A stretch of DNA of 64,000 nt, from NCBI RefSeq assembly GCF_009914755.1, contig NC_060934.1, one strand, 5' to 3'. Source of the DNA: the human T2T-CHM13v2.0 reference genome, Homo sapiens. The translations under genes and the position numbers were made by a program. Of the stretch, positions 42,898 through 61,895 are shown in pieces. Numbering within the stretch: position 1 is the first letter of the stretch; the number at the start of each line of letters is the position of its first letter. Under the pieces are notes generated by a model that searched no databases, was not told the origin of the DNA, and worked only from the letters and a program-made list of their open reading frames with translations.

Positions 42898-45434
42898 TGA
42901 GGAAGATGCTCACCTGTTCTACATCTCCCCTGCAAGCAAATCTAAAGGCAAAGAGTGCAGCTCTAACCAAGTCATAAGGCATGCCTTCTTGACTCTGAGG
43001 CTGTTTAGCCACAAGAACTACCAAGGGACTCTAAGTGGGGTCCTGCTATTAGAAACATTAAATCTAGGACTGAAAATTGTCTGTTTGAAATAGTTATGTG
43101 CTCATATTAAAAAATGAGAACTGATTAGGTAAATTGGGAGAGCAAAAGGGCAAGACAATGTCTGTTATTGATGATTTTCAGATTGCTGAATTAAAATGCT
43201 TATTTCATTCGAGAAGAAGGATTTAACAGCCAAAATCACACTTAACCATGCATGAAAAGAGCCACTGTTGAAAAATGGCTGATAAAAATGATTACTCAAT
43301 TTTAAAAGCCTGCATTGTTTAACGTAATTGATGCAAACTTTAGAGAACTGAGTCAGAATTTTGTAAAATGAACAAGCTCAATCCAACTAATACAAGTGCA
43401 GAGTGCCCTTTACAATTTTGAAAGTAATACTTGGGTGTAAATGACTACATTGGATTACAAGATACTTTACCACACAACTTAGAAGATCCTTTTGACATTT
43501 AGAGCAGAATGTATCAAACAGCAGGAATGGGTAAAGTGAAGGACACTAATACTTGATCTACATGTTACGCTTCACTCTTACAATGCTCTCATCACTCTTT
43601 ATGCACCTTCTTCATCTACATAACCAATAAGAGTTTCATATAAGGCAGATGATGCTACTCGACATTTGGCACAGGTAGTACTTATAAATACCTTACAATT
43701 TGGCCTCCATCTATGGGATTGGTAGAAAGGGCAGATTCATATTCAAAAAGTACACTAACTCATATTAAATGTGTTCAGAGTTAGGTTCAGTATAGGTATA
43801 TAAGGCATGAGTCATATAAAAAGTGAATGTATATAAAATGCTGCATAAGTTATAGGAAAATAATACAATGAAGGGTAAAATATATAAACTGAAACTATAA
43901 ATAAAGATAAACTGTAATGGCCATTAATTGTTAGTGTACACTAAATTAATGTATATTTATAAATTCATATTAATAGATGTACATTAAATTCACGTGTGTA
44001 TTGGGGGTAGCGGGAGATCAGACCAGAAAGGGTGCTAGCAGATTGTTGCAACTTCTTTTTGTTTAATCATAGTCTCTAGTATCTTCCTCTTTGGGGGGTA
44101 ACAAATATATTTTAAAAAATCCTTTCATATTTCGTTCATTCAGTGAATGAGTTTACAAAATAAAATTCTTTTCAATATGTGTTTTTAGTCTTATTCATAA
44201 GGGAAAACAAAGTAGGCAGAGAGCTTTTCAGATTTTAATTCTGTCATAATTACTTACATGTGCAAATACATAGAAAAGTTTAGTCAAACAGTTAGGCAGC
44301 TAATTGTGTTGAAAATACAACTGCATGCTCACAAAGATAATCAAGCCCCTAGGGTGTACACTTCTGTTTCAGAACTATTTTTAGGCCCTCAGGAACTTCA
44401 GCCACCTCTTGACTCCTGGAAAACAATGTCAAAATCTAACTAACTGAATGTGACCCAGCATTTATTTCAAAGCGACAACACTAAATTTGATTGCAAAGTA
44501 ACAGTAAGAAATTAAAAGTTTAAAAGCCAGCAACTGTGAATGTTCAAATAGGAATGTTCCTGCTATCAATTTTCTACACATACAGTGAATAAATTGTGTT
44601 AAATAAGGAACTGATGTTCTTCACAGTAGGGAAACAACCATTTATTGCAAATCCTAAATTTGATAGGAAAATTTACTTTCTTTTCTTATTCTGTGTCAAA
44701 AAATATTTTTGGAACATTTAAAATGATCCTGAGATTGCAATTGTTTATCACTACCCATGCTAAAATAGATACATTAAGGTGTTAAGGACCTAAAGAATTT
44801 AGAAATGTCCTTCAGGGGAAAAATTCCTGAAATTTCATTGTACATGTGGCATATATTTCTTTGCCATTGTCGTTCAAATTTTGCATTCTAGAATCAATTA
44901 CCCTATCAATTTTCCCTCAAAAATATTATCTCTAATCTTATTCTCTCCCTTTAAAAATCTTCAAGTGCAATTCTTAGGACCCTATAATATGATTATTAAA
45001 ATTTTTTCCATTGTGTATATTGATATTTAGAAAGAGAGTGTGAAAAGAATTGTGATTGGCTTTTAAATAAATTTTCTTAAAACTGTATCATGAATAATTT
45101 GCCATAATTTACATTTTATGTGTCAATTTATAAACACTATGTATTTGTTTCTCATTTTATTATGTCACCTTGCATTATAACTAAGATGTTATCTCTGCTT
45201 GTTTCTTAACTTCAATCATTTTATGAGAGAAATACCAGTTACTTACTCAGGAAAGATGATTTGAAACACGGAAAAGAAAATTATTTCCCATGAGGGAATG
45301 TCAATAATGGGAATCTAACATCACCATTCTTTTAATATTTAATAGATAGCCATTCTTTTAATATTGACATTGTGCCATGCTAATATTATTTCAAGTGTGA
45401 TCTCTGCCAAAAGGTAGGTGTCTAGGGGGTAAGA

Positions 45435-45645
45435 ATCAATAATGACAACAATCTTTTATTTGTAGGCCTACTAAGTGTTACACATTGTGCTGACAGCTTT
45501 TAGCATATTGTATTCAATCTTGATAAGAAAGCTTCAAGGTGAGCATTATTATTGTCATGTTATAAATGGCAAAACAGGGCTTAGATCATTTTCCCAAGTT
45601 ATAAACCTAGTAAGTAGCAGATGTGAGATTCAAACCTAGGGATAC
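45435..45645 (-). mobile_element. MIR
   Basis: 'cattgtgct...attattattgtcatgttataaatggcaaaacagggcttag...ctagtaagtagcaga...gagattcaaacctagg'. Confidence 0.7.
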
Positions 45646-45919
45646 ATCATATTTAAATGTTAGATTAAGTAGTATCAAGTGGCAGCTAAGACAAGACACC
45701 TGAGCATGCTGAAGGGTACCTAGCTGTGATGTTATTGTGCTCCTCTACCATTATAAGTCATTCTGAATCCTTGTCAATTCAACTCTTTATTTACTGGGAA
45801 AATTCTCACTTTTCCTTCTAAAATCAGTGCAGCTCAGACTTGTCCATAGAGAAGTCTTTCTTGATGATCACAGGATTTCTTTCCTGAAATTTCACGGTCC
45901 ATTTTATTACTTAAGTCTG

Positions 45920-46802
<883 letters not shown>

Positions 46803-47599
46803 GTCTATAATGGAGTATAACATGCGGCACTGCCTGGTACACCAGTCTTCAGCTCTGCCATTAGAAACCCTAGGGCTTGAACATGTTTCAGGGAAAAAAA
46901 AAAACCTACTACAAAAGTACTATCGTATGTCAAAATAAAATGAAAGAATGAACGAACAGTTGAACAATGGGCGAATGAGTGAATGTGCATCACACATAGC
47001 TGGACGAGAAAAATTTAATACTTTTTTTTCTCACAGAAATAGAGTTATATCAAATATACTTGAAAAGTTTCTAGTGTTTTCAGACTGAAAAATTAATTTC
47101 AAAGAAACTTTATTTACTTTATATAATACCCTGTAAGTCATGAAGCTCAAGTAATTGGACTGTAAATTAAATTACTGAGTTACAAGGACCCATATTACAA
47201 GCTATTCCTCCTGCTGTTTTTCATCAGAAACGTTCATATGATATTGTGGAATTGAATTTTTACCATCAAATAAATATTGCATGCTTGGTTAAATGGGACA
47301 TGATTCCAAGCTCAAAAAATAAAATATAGAACAGGCAATTCACTGGTCAGTTGTGAAATATGAAAAAGAAGTAAGCACATATTTCTTTTTTTTATTATAC
47401 TGTAAGTTTTAGGGTACATGTGCACAAGGTAAAAGTTTGTTACATATGTATACTTGTGCCATGTTGGTGTGCTGCATCCATTAACTCGTCATTTAACATT
47501 AGGTATATCTCCTAATGCTATCCCTCCCCCCCTCTCCCCACCCCACAACAGGCCCCGGTGTGTGATGTTCCCCTTCCTGTGTCCCTGTGTTCTCATTGT

Positions 47600-51595
<3,996 letters not shown>

Positions 51596-51658
51596 TGTGA
51601 TGTTAGCTGGTTATTTTGCTCGTTAGTTGATGTAGTTTCTTCCTAGCCTCGATAGTCT

Positions 51659-52677
51659 TTACAATTTGGCATGTTTTTGCAGTGGCTGGTACCGGTTGTT
51701 CCTTTCCATGTGTAGTGCTTCCTTCAGGAGCTCTGTTTGTCACCACCAGGCCTGGTGGTGACAAAATCTCTCAGTGTTTGCTTGTCTGTAAAGTATTTTA
51801 TTTCTCCTTCACTTATGAAGCTTAGTTTGGCTGGATGTGAAATTCTGGGTTGAAAATTCTTTTCTTTAATAATGTTGAATATTGGCCCCCACTCTCTTCT
51901 GGCTTGTAGAGTTTCTGCCGAGAGGTCAGCTGTAAGTCTGATGGGCTTCCCTTTGTGGGTAACCCGACTTTTCTCTCTGGCTGCCCTTAACATTTTTTCC
52001 TTCATTTCAACTTTGGTGAATCTGACAATTATGTGTCTTGGAGTTGCTCTTCTCGAGGAGTATCTTTGTGGCATTCTCTGTATTTCCTGAGTTTGAATGT
52101 TGGCCTGCCTTGCTAGATTGGGGAAGTTCTCCTGGATAATATCTTGCAGTGTTTTCCAACTTGGTTCCATTCTCCCCATCACTTTCAGGTACACCAATCA
52201 GACGTAGATTTGGTCTTTCACATAGTTCCATATTTCTTGGAGGCTTTGTTTGTTTCTTTTTATTCTTTTTTCTGTAAACTTCTCTTCTCGCTTCATTTTA
52301 TTCATTTGATCTTACATCACTGATACCCTTTCTTCCAGTTGATCGAATCGGCTACTGAGGCTTATGCATTTGTCATGTAGTTCTCGTGCCATGGTTTTCA
52401 GCATCATCAGGTCCTTTAAGGACTTCTCTGCATTGGTTATTCTAGTTAGCCATTTGTCAAATTTTTTTTCAAGGTTTTTAACTTCTTTGCTATGGGTTCG
52501 AACTTCCTCCTTTAGCTCAGAGTAGTTTGATTGTCTGAAGCTGTCTTCTCTCAACTCGTCAAAGTCATTCTCTGTCCACCTTTGTTCCATTGCTGGTGAG
52601 GAGCTGCATTCCTTTGGAGGAGGAGAGGCACTCTGATTTTTAGTGTTTCCAGTTTTTCTGCTTTGTTTTTTCCCCAT
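51659..52677 (-). pseudogene. L1 ORF1p, disrupted
   Basis: Starts MGKKQSRKTGN; premature TAA at 52312-52314; frameshifts; RATPRHIIVRF and ARREWGPIF motifs. Confidence 0.95.
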
Positions 52678-53706
52678 CTTTGTGGTTTTATCTACCTTTG
52701 GTCTTTGATGATGGTGACGTACAGATGGTGTTTTGGTGTGGATGTCCTTTCTGTTTGTTAGTTTTCCTTCTAACAGTCAGGACCCTCAGCTGCAGATCTG
52801 TTGGAGTTTGCTGGAGGTCCACTCCAGACCCTCTTTGCCTGGGTATCAGCAGCAGAAGCTGCAGAACAGTGGATATTGGTGAACAGCAAATGTTGCTGCC
52901 TGATTGTTCCTCTGGAAGTTTTGTCCCAGAGGAGTACCCGGCCATGTGAAGTGTCAGTCTGCCCCTACTTTGGGGTGCCTCCCAGTTAGGCTACTCGGGG
53001 GTCAGGGACCCACTTGAGGAGGTAGTCTGTCCGTTCTCAGATCTCCAGCTGCGTGCTGGGAGAACCACTACTCTCTTTAAACCTGTCAGACAGGGACATT
53101 TAAGTCTGCAGAGGTTTCTGCTGCCTTTTGTTTGGCTATGCCCTGCCCTCAGAGGTGGAGTCTACAGAGGCAGGCAGGTCTCCTTGAGCTGTGGTGGGCT
53201 CCACCCAGTTTGAGCTTCCCAGCCGCTTTGTTTACCTACTCAAGCCTGGGCAATGGCGGGGTGCCCCTCCTCCAGCCTTGCTGCTGCCTTGCAGTTTGAT
53301 CTCAGCCTGCTGTGCTAGCAATGAGCGAGGCTCCGTGCTTGTAGGACCCTCCAAGACAGGTGCGGGATATAATCTCCTGGTGTGCTATTTGCTAAGACCA
53401 TTGGAAAAGCGCAGTATTAGGGTGGGAGTGACCCGATTTTCCAGGTGCCGTCTGTCACCCCTTTCTTTGACTAGGAAACGGAATTCCCTGACCCCTTGTG
53501 CTTCCCGGGTGAGGCAATGCCTCACCCTGCTTCGGCTCATGCTCGGTGCACAGCACCCACTGTCCTGCACCCACTGTCCGACAATCCCCAGTGAGATGAA
53601 CCTGGTACCTCAGTTGGAAATGCAGAAATCACCCATCTTCTGCATCACCCATGCTGGGAGCTGTAGACTGGAGGTGTTCCTATCCGGCCATCTTAGCTCC
53701 ACCCCC
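52678..53706 (-). promoter_or_regulatory. L1 5' UTR internal sense/antisense promoter with intact YY1 site (53686-53694)
   Basis: AAGATGGCC near the 5' end; ORF0-like frame and antisense splice-donor-like sites on the + strand. Activity is unknown. Confidence 0.7.
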
Positions 53707-54126
53707 AGCACATATTTCTTCTTACCTAATTTGATTACCCAAAATTTTGCCACCGTTTGTCTAGTCATTTAATAATAACTTTGGAATATTTGCTTATGTA
53801 AAAAGAATTGCAAAGAGTTAATAACCTCTCTATCCTCCAGGAATTATTGCATAGTTTAAGACATTCCTTATTAACATCCCACAAGAATTTCCCAGTGGCC
53901 CACAATAGTCTTTCTTCACACAATATTTTTTGTAACATTGTCTATTCTATAATTCATTATTTTTATAATTTGATTATGTTTTCTAATATTCCAAAAATTT
54001 CACATCTACTTACTTTCCAATAATTTTTTTCAAAAATAAGTCCAAAATCATTCACACTGAATATAGTGCTGAGTATAAACAGGGCCTAATTAATTGGGTT
54101 GAAAAATTCTCTCATAGCTCTTATAG

Positions 54127-54646
54127 CAATGCTTCTCAAAGAGTGGTCCAGGGCCTCCAGGGGGGCCTTGAGAACCCATCAGAAGATCTGTAAAGTCAAA
54201 CTATTTTTGTAATAATACTAAGACCTTATTTGTCTTTTTCACTGTTAGGCTCTCATGAGTTAACTGTGGATTTTTTTCCAGAGGCTGCATGAAGTGCAGT
54301 ATAACAGATTGACTGCAGAAGCAGAGAGGAAAACCCAGATGTTTTCTATTGAGCCAAATCATTAAATAGATTTGGGAAATGTAAAAAAATGCTACTCTTC
54401 TCATTATTTTGTTTCTAAACATATATTTATTTTTCATAAAAATATTGTTTATGTTAACTTCTAATGGGTTTATCATAGTTATTGGAAAAATTAATTTGTA
54501 AACAAATTTTTAAAAAATATGTCAGTTTTAGTATCTAATACAGAAAATATCAATAAATTTAATCTGCATACGAAGGCTTTTTGTAGTCTTCAATAATTTT
54601 TAAGAGTGTAAAGGAGTCCTGAGACCAAAGAGTCTTAGAATTACTA
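54127..54646 (-). mobile_element. Charlie4a-like hAT DNA transposon
   Basis: caatgcttctcaaagagtggtcc...ctatttttgtaataatactaagac... and aataatttttaagagtgtaaaggagtcctgagacc. Confidence 0.8.
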
Positions 54647-54694
54647 CTTTTAAGCATCTCAAACGGATAAGTACAGATACACTTATTTGGAAGA

Positions 54695-54920
54695 ATAGCA
54701 ACTACTATTTACTGCATTTGTCCAACCAGCTGGCCACTTTATACACATTACATCATTTAATCCTCCACAGTGCTATGAGCCAGATATTGTGCTCCTCTCT
54801 TTTTGGGAAAGAAATCTGTGGCTCAGGATGATCAGGATGTTCCTCTAAGGCGATAAGAGGAAGCACTGGACTTTGAACCAGGTCTGACTATGTTCAAACT
54901 TCAGATTCTTAATCATTACC
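54695..54920 (-). mobile_element. MIR
   Basis: 'cacattacatcatttaatcctc...gaaatctgtggctcag...ggactttgaaccaggtctgact'. Confidence 0.65.
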
Positions 54921-54954
54921 CTGGCTCAGTCTCAAAAAAGATTTAAAAACTTGT

Positions 54955-55792
54955 TGCATGAGCACATGAAAAGCTGATCAACATCAAAAGTAATTAAGGC
55001 AATACAAACTAAAACCCTAATGAGATGTCATTTCATAGCCACTAAGGTGGTCATAATAAATAATCTAGACAATAATAAATATGAACAAGAATGTAAAGAA
55101 ATGAAGAAACCTTATACATCACTGATGGGAATATAAAATGGTGCAGCCACTTTGGAAAACAGTATGGCAGTTCTGAAAGTGGAATATATATGTGAGTTAC
55201 CACATGACCCAGCAATTTCATTCCTAGGTATCTATATAAGATAAAGATAAATGAAGCTATGCATAGCCTAGGTATCCATAGCTAAGACAAATAAAGTATA
55301 TGTTCATGTAAAGACTTGTAGAGAAATGTTGATAACAGCATTATTTATAAGAGCCTAAAAATAGAAATAACCCTAAATGTTCATCAGTTTAAGAATAGAT
55401 AACATAAAATGTGGTATATCTGCACAATGGACTATTATTCAGCCATAAAAAGGAATGAAGTTTTGATATATGCTACACCAAGGATGGACCTCAAAACATT
55501 TTGCTAAGTGAGAGACGCCAGTCACAAAGGACCACATGTTGCATAATTCGATTATATAAGATGTCATAGAAAGGCAAATTTAAACTCACCAAAAGTAGAT
55601 AATTGGTTGCCTGGGCCTGGAGGTCGGAAGGATTAATAGCAAATAGACATAAGAGTTCTTATTGTGGTCATGAAAATGCTCAAAAACTGACTTATGGTGA
55701 TAGTTGCACAGCTCAGTAAATATACTAAACATCACTAACTTTTATTCTTGAAATGGGTGAATATGATACACAGAATAAGCCTCAAAAAGTGC
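54955..55792 (+). mobile_element. L1MB-like 3' end
   Basis: 'aaaatggtgcagccactttggaaaacagtatggcagtt', 'agccataaaaaggaatgaag', 'gccagtcacaaaggaccacat', 'ggtgatagttgcaca'. Confidence 0.88.
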
Positions 55793-58039
55793 TTAGGCCA
55801 TTTGGAAAGATCTCTTTTTAACAGTTACTGAAGGAACATACAGTAGTTAAAGAAATAACATAGTAATTAAGTGATAGTAAAGAAAAAGCTGAAAACTTGG
55901 TGACTGAAAGCTTAATAGAGATTAGGGAGTCAGTGCAAGAATAAGATCAACACAGAATAAACAGGGGAATGAAAACCTAAAGAGAAAAGAGCAAGGAAGG
56001 ATGAGACAAAGATCAGGGAGGCAGGTTGTTAACTGTGATTTCACAGTTCTAAAAGGAAGTTGGAACTGAGCAGATTAGAACAGTCTTTGTCCAAAGCAAT
56101 GTGAAAATAGACATCAAGACCCTTAATTTTTCTTTCCTTTGACCCAAGGATTTATACTGTGAAAATTTATCCTAAGGAAATTATCTTAACTACAGAAGAA
56201 AATGTTACGCATGAAATAATTTTAAAAAATAAATCCTTGCCATTGTTTACAGTGGAAAAACTAAAGAATACCTAAATTCTTTAAGAAAAATAGTGAAGTA
56301 AATCACTACATTCACATAGTGAACTATTAAACAATAATTAAATTGATGTTACCAATGAGATTGTGTTCAGTATCTTCATCTGTAAAGGCGATAATATTAG
56401 CATCTAGCTCTACCAACAAAAATCTATGTATTTTTTGTTGAGAGAATTAAATGTAGCTAACACATATGAAACATGTGCATTCTTAAACACAGTGAGCAAC
56501 ACATGGTAAGCGATTATTTAAAATTAATCTCTGTTATTAATTGACAGAAACTGACACATGGGAGAATCAATAAGGGATTAGAGTAAAACAATTTAGCTAG
56601 CTATTAAAAGAACAATAATTTTTAAATCATTTATTTATTCCAAAGCAAAGGAGAGAAAAATATGGTACTTTTGTGAATATCTAAATCAAACTTTAATTTC
56701 TATATTATAAACATAAAAGTCTGATTGTTAAATCTTAGAAATCTTTCATAAATCAGCAGAGGTAATAGGTTCACCAATTATGAAATTTCTTCTTTGAGAA
56801 GATTAAAAGAAGAAATTGGGAAAGAGAAATAAACAATTATAAGCTAAAATAAAAAGATAGATAAAGACAGTAAAGGAAAGATTTTAAAAGCTCAGCCAGG
56901 GTTAATTCTTATGTCCTACTTGGTTTCCTAACCCCCAAATTCCTTTTATTTCTACAGACAGGGTTACAGATAGTTCCTGCTACTTGAGTGCCGTCTAATG
57001 TCCCAATTCCTATCTTTCCTGTAGTGAAAAGGGAATTTTAAAAATCAGTTCTCAGAAGGGTCAGAGTTGATTTAATCTTATTCATAATCCAGCTCTGACC
57101 TTGTGTTAATTCTAGTAACTAGACTTCTGGTTTACCTATGAGATTAAGTCACCATTTTCTACTTCATTTCAATAATTGAATTCTTTATTGTCAGATTTCT
57201 TGAGTGGCTCCCTGCTTCTAATACCCATAATTTGCTGGATTTATCTTGCTAGAATCCCATGGATCTCATCTTTGAAATACAGCCGAGTGGATGGAGCCTT
57301 GCAGACATCCCTCATGCATGATACTCATTTGACTTCATAATTAATAATACATGTACTAATGTTACCCAGGATTGTACACACCTGTTACATATTAATAAAA
57401 AAGGACAGGGTTATATTTGTGGGTCTTGGTTGACACTTAGAGCTTGCCTAAATTGTCATCTCTTGCCTGTCACCATATACTCAAGAAACTCAACTTCCCT
57501 TGCCTGACTAGCTTTCTTGACTTACAATATAGGTTGTTACATCTCCAAAACAATACTTATAGCATCCAAAAAGTCACATTCAGTATAAAAAGTGTCAACT
57601 CTACTACTGAATTTTTCCATTGCAGATACCAATTCTATGTCAAGTTCCAGAGATAAAAATTGAGAATCAGAGAGTCAGAGAGGTCAAGGAGACACAGCTA
57701 ATCCCTTGGGTGGTTATACCTAAAAACCTAAAATCTAAACTCTAATTTAGAGATGGTAGAGCTGTTTGTTTGTTTTACGTACTCCACTAGACAGATAGTA
57801 TAGAGTGTATATATGTTTAGAAATTTTCTATATTTGTTTTAAATATTACTATGTCTGAAGACAGGAAGGAGCCTATACTATTTACATGATTCTATTCTAA
57901 TAAGATTCATTACTACTAACCCTATTTAACAGTTATTAAGCAATTGCAGTAATTATGGTTATTCATATTTCAATACATGAAATATTATTAAAGATAGTGT
58001 CTTAAATAATATCTCATATTTATCATTTGATGAGAAATT

Positions 58040-58220
58040 TTAAATACATTATTAGATTTAATTTTCGTAACCATCCTGAGAGATATACGGATGAGATATT
58101 CTTACCCCTGTTTAATAGATAAATAAAATGTGGCGAAAAAAAGGTGAAGTAATATCCAAAGGTAACATTATTTTTATTTTAGGTATAATTTGAACTCAGA
58201 TCTGCAGACTCGATATATAG
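58040..58220 (-). mobile_element. MIR
   Basis: 'taaccatcctgagagat...ttacccctgtttaatagataaataaaatgtggc...tttgaactcagatctg'. Confidence 0.55.
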
Positions 58221-59569
58221 TGTTGGTAGTAAAAATTATGCTCCTGTCTCTATAATGTATTTTTAATGGAATTTTAGAAGTTAGCATTATGCTAAATGGA
58301 ATCAGATTAAGAAACATACCTCTGTCTAACATTGAAACAGACTCCAAATGTCTTTATAATGGGCAAGTGGATACAGATTAAGTGCCATGAACTATCATCA
58401 TCCTAAGAGTCTTACTTCCTTTCATGGTGATTGTCAGGGATGCTTTTCTGAGATTCAAATATTCTCATGGATGAGTTAAAAGAAGATGAAACAAGATGAT
58501 AAAACCAGTCTCTTTTCAAGAAACCATAAACATGTTAGCAACCATCAAATTTCTTTACGCCCTCATTCTAGTAAATTATAAGCTATCAAAACTGCACACG
58601 TTCTGAAAGTTTACTAAATGCAAATAAAATAGTCTCTTTGCCATGCTGTAACTTGAGATAATAAAGGACTTAAATAAATTCAGTGAAAGCAAAACCCCAT
58701 ATGTTTGGGTGTCAGAGGCTACTTTGACTAAGCTCATTTCAAATTATAACATCAGCAAAATTAAGCTATTAAAACTACAAATAAAAGAGTATTTTTAGTT
58801 CTAAGAAGAAATAGGACTAATTGGATACACATATGCCTCCTAGGCTGTATATCTTAAATGTGAGGCTCATCAGTAGTTATTATTAAAGTTGGCAGAAATA
58901 ATGGACATAGTAAATTGTACTTTAGATTTTTCTTTATGCACAATTGCTTGGTGTTATCTTCTTAATTGAGTCACAGAATAAAATCTAAGAAAACAGATGT
59001 AAACACACAGACATTAAAATGCATCACTACTTTTGCCTTTACCTTTTCATATTGGTTTTCGAAGTGATGCATGGTTAAATGAACCTAATTTGAGAGAAAT
59101 TTGGAGATGGCCGCTGAGTCTGTGTGCTGGTCAGGGGGTTGCTTTCTACTGTTGATATTATTCTTTGCGTATTAACCTCAGAAGGGGAACAATATATGGA
59201 AATGGGATAGAAAGTCTTCAGAAACCACAGTAGGAAGATTAATATTCATAGCACATTTATGAAGTAGGCATCATTATGTGTGTGTGTGTGTATATATATA
59301 TATATTCACATATATATAATTTTTGAAAAATTATTTTACAGATAATGAGTTTGAGATACAAGGATGGTTTATAACTTACACAAGATCACACAGATTTCAA
59401 TATTCTAATTCTAATTCAATTTTTTCTAATTCTTAGTTGCATGTGTTAGTCCTTATCTAGGTCTTAGAAAATTACACTTCTTTTTTGCAATAGTCCAAAT
59501 AGTCTAAACCGTACTTAGCATTTAGTGTTCAACCAAGTTTCTTGACTATGTCAGTAAAATGTGCTGGCT

Positions 59570-59670
59570 TTAAACGCTGGGATCATGTCATCATCACTGT
59601 TTCCTCAGAGCCCAACAAAATGCCTGGCACATATCAGGAACTTCATAAAGAGCATTAAATGAATAGATAA
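59570..59670 (+). mobile_element. L2 3' end
   Basis: 'tcactgtttcctcagagcccaacaaaatgcctggcacata...aatgaat'. Confidence 0.65.
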
Positions 59671-60420
59671 TTGAGGACATGAAAAATACATCCATTTATT
59701 CATTTAGAAAACTGTGTGTATTTATAAATGACAGCATTCCAAGTCACACATATTTAAACTTATGAAATTTCTAGATGTTTTAAATTTATAATTAATGTAA
59801 AAATGAGGAAGGACAGAGAAAACATTCTTTGTATGCAAATATTATTATCTTCTACATAGTCAATAAGATTTTAGAAAACAATGTTGCATAGAACATATGA
59901 ACTATCAATTGCTTACTATTATTGTCAATAAAGGAGAGCTTCTCTTATATAACATTCATTATAAACATCTGTGTGTAAGGAAAGAAATTAGTTTTGTGCT
60001 ATAAATATTGGTCATATAATTCATTAATTCCTTCATTTATTCACTAAGAGGAATGGACTACTTTAGGTAATGTTGTAATATAAGCCACATCACAGGATCC
60101 TTTATTTCTCTTCTTCAATATTCTGAATTTATTCCTTAATATTCAATAATTTTTGGAAGATATTATCTTTGTCGTATTATTTGTTCAATGACAACTATAT
60201 GTAAAGAATTATTTGGAATATTTGCTGATTGAAAACTATGTGCAAAGGGCAGTAAGAATCTTTTCATTGTTTTATTTAATTCTCAACAAATATAACATGA
60301 GGTCACCATTTCACATATATGAATACTGAAGTTCAGAAAGTTTAAGCACTTTGCCTAAAGATGCAAAACCAGTCATTGGCAGAGTTTAAAGTCTCTGGCA
60401 CATTGACAAGCCCTCTCAAT

Positions 60421-61201
60421 GTGGAGAAAAAGGAACTCATAAGCTGTTGGTGGGAACGTAAACTAGTACAGCCACTATGGAGAAGGGTATGGAAGTTCCT
60501 CAAAAAGCTACAAATAGGACCCCAATATGATCCAGCAATCCTGGTACTGGTAATTTATCCAAAAGAAATTAAATCATTATATCAAAGAGACACCTGCACT
60601 CTCATGTTTATTGTGTCATTAATCACAACAGGCAAGACATGAAATCAACCTAGGTGTCTAACAACAGATGAATGAATAAAGAAAATGTGACACATATACA
60701 CAATGGAATACTATTTAGCCATAAAAAGAATGAAATCCTGTCTTTCACAGTGGATAGAATTGGAGGATTAGGACATTATGTTGCGTGAAATAAGCCAAGA
60801 ACAAAAAGGTAAACACCACACTTTCTTACTCAAATGTGGAAGTTAAAAAAAAAAAGTTGGTCTCATAGAAGTAAAAGAACAGAGGATACTGGGGCTGGGA
60901 AAGGTCAGGGGAAGGGAGTGATAGGGAGAGATTTATTAGAGGATACAAAATTCCAGCTAGATAGGAGGAGTAAGTTCTAGTGCTCTATACCACTCTAGGA
61001 TGACTCTAGTTAACAATAATATATAGTTTCAAATAGCTAGAAGTGGATATTTAATGTTCCCAACACAAAGAAACGATAAATCTTTGAGATGATGGATATG
61101 CTAATTACCCTGTGCATTACTATACATTATATGTATCGAATCATCACTATGTACTCATAAGTATGTGCAATTATTATTTGTCAATTAAATAAATTTAAAA
61201 A
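60421..61201 (+). mobile_element. L1MA (MA2-MA4-like), 5'-truncated, inserted next to a MIR
   Basis: ORF2 C-terminus plus 3' UTR ('gctagataggaggagtaagttctagtg', 'gatggatatgctaattaccctg'). Perfect 16-bp TSD gacaagccctctcaat (60405-60420 / 61202-61217). Confidence 0.93.
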
Positions 61202-61271
61202 GACAAGCCCTCTCAATCTTCAAATTCTATAATTTTTACTCTTCCTCTAAATCTCTATAAAATTGATTGTA

Positions 61272-61895
<624 letters not shown>

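Noticed and set aside
59103-59142. YY1-like and CTCF-like motifs (also ccaccccctggt near 14582)
   Set aside because: Partial matches only; not supportable without binding data.
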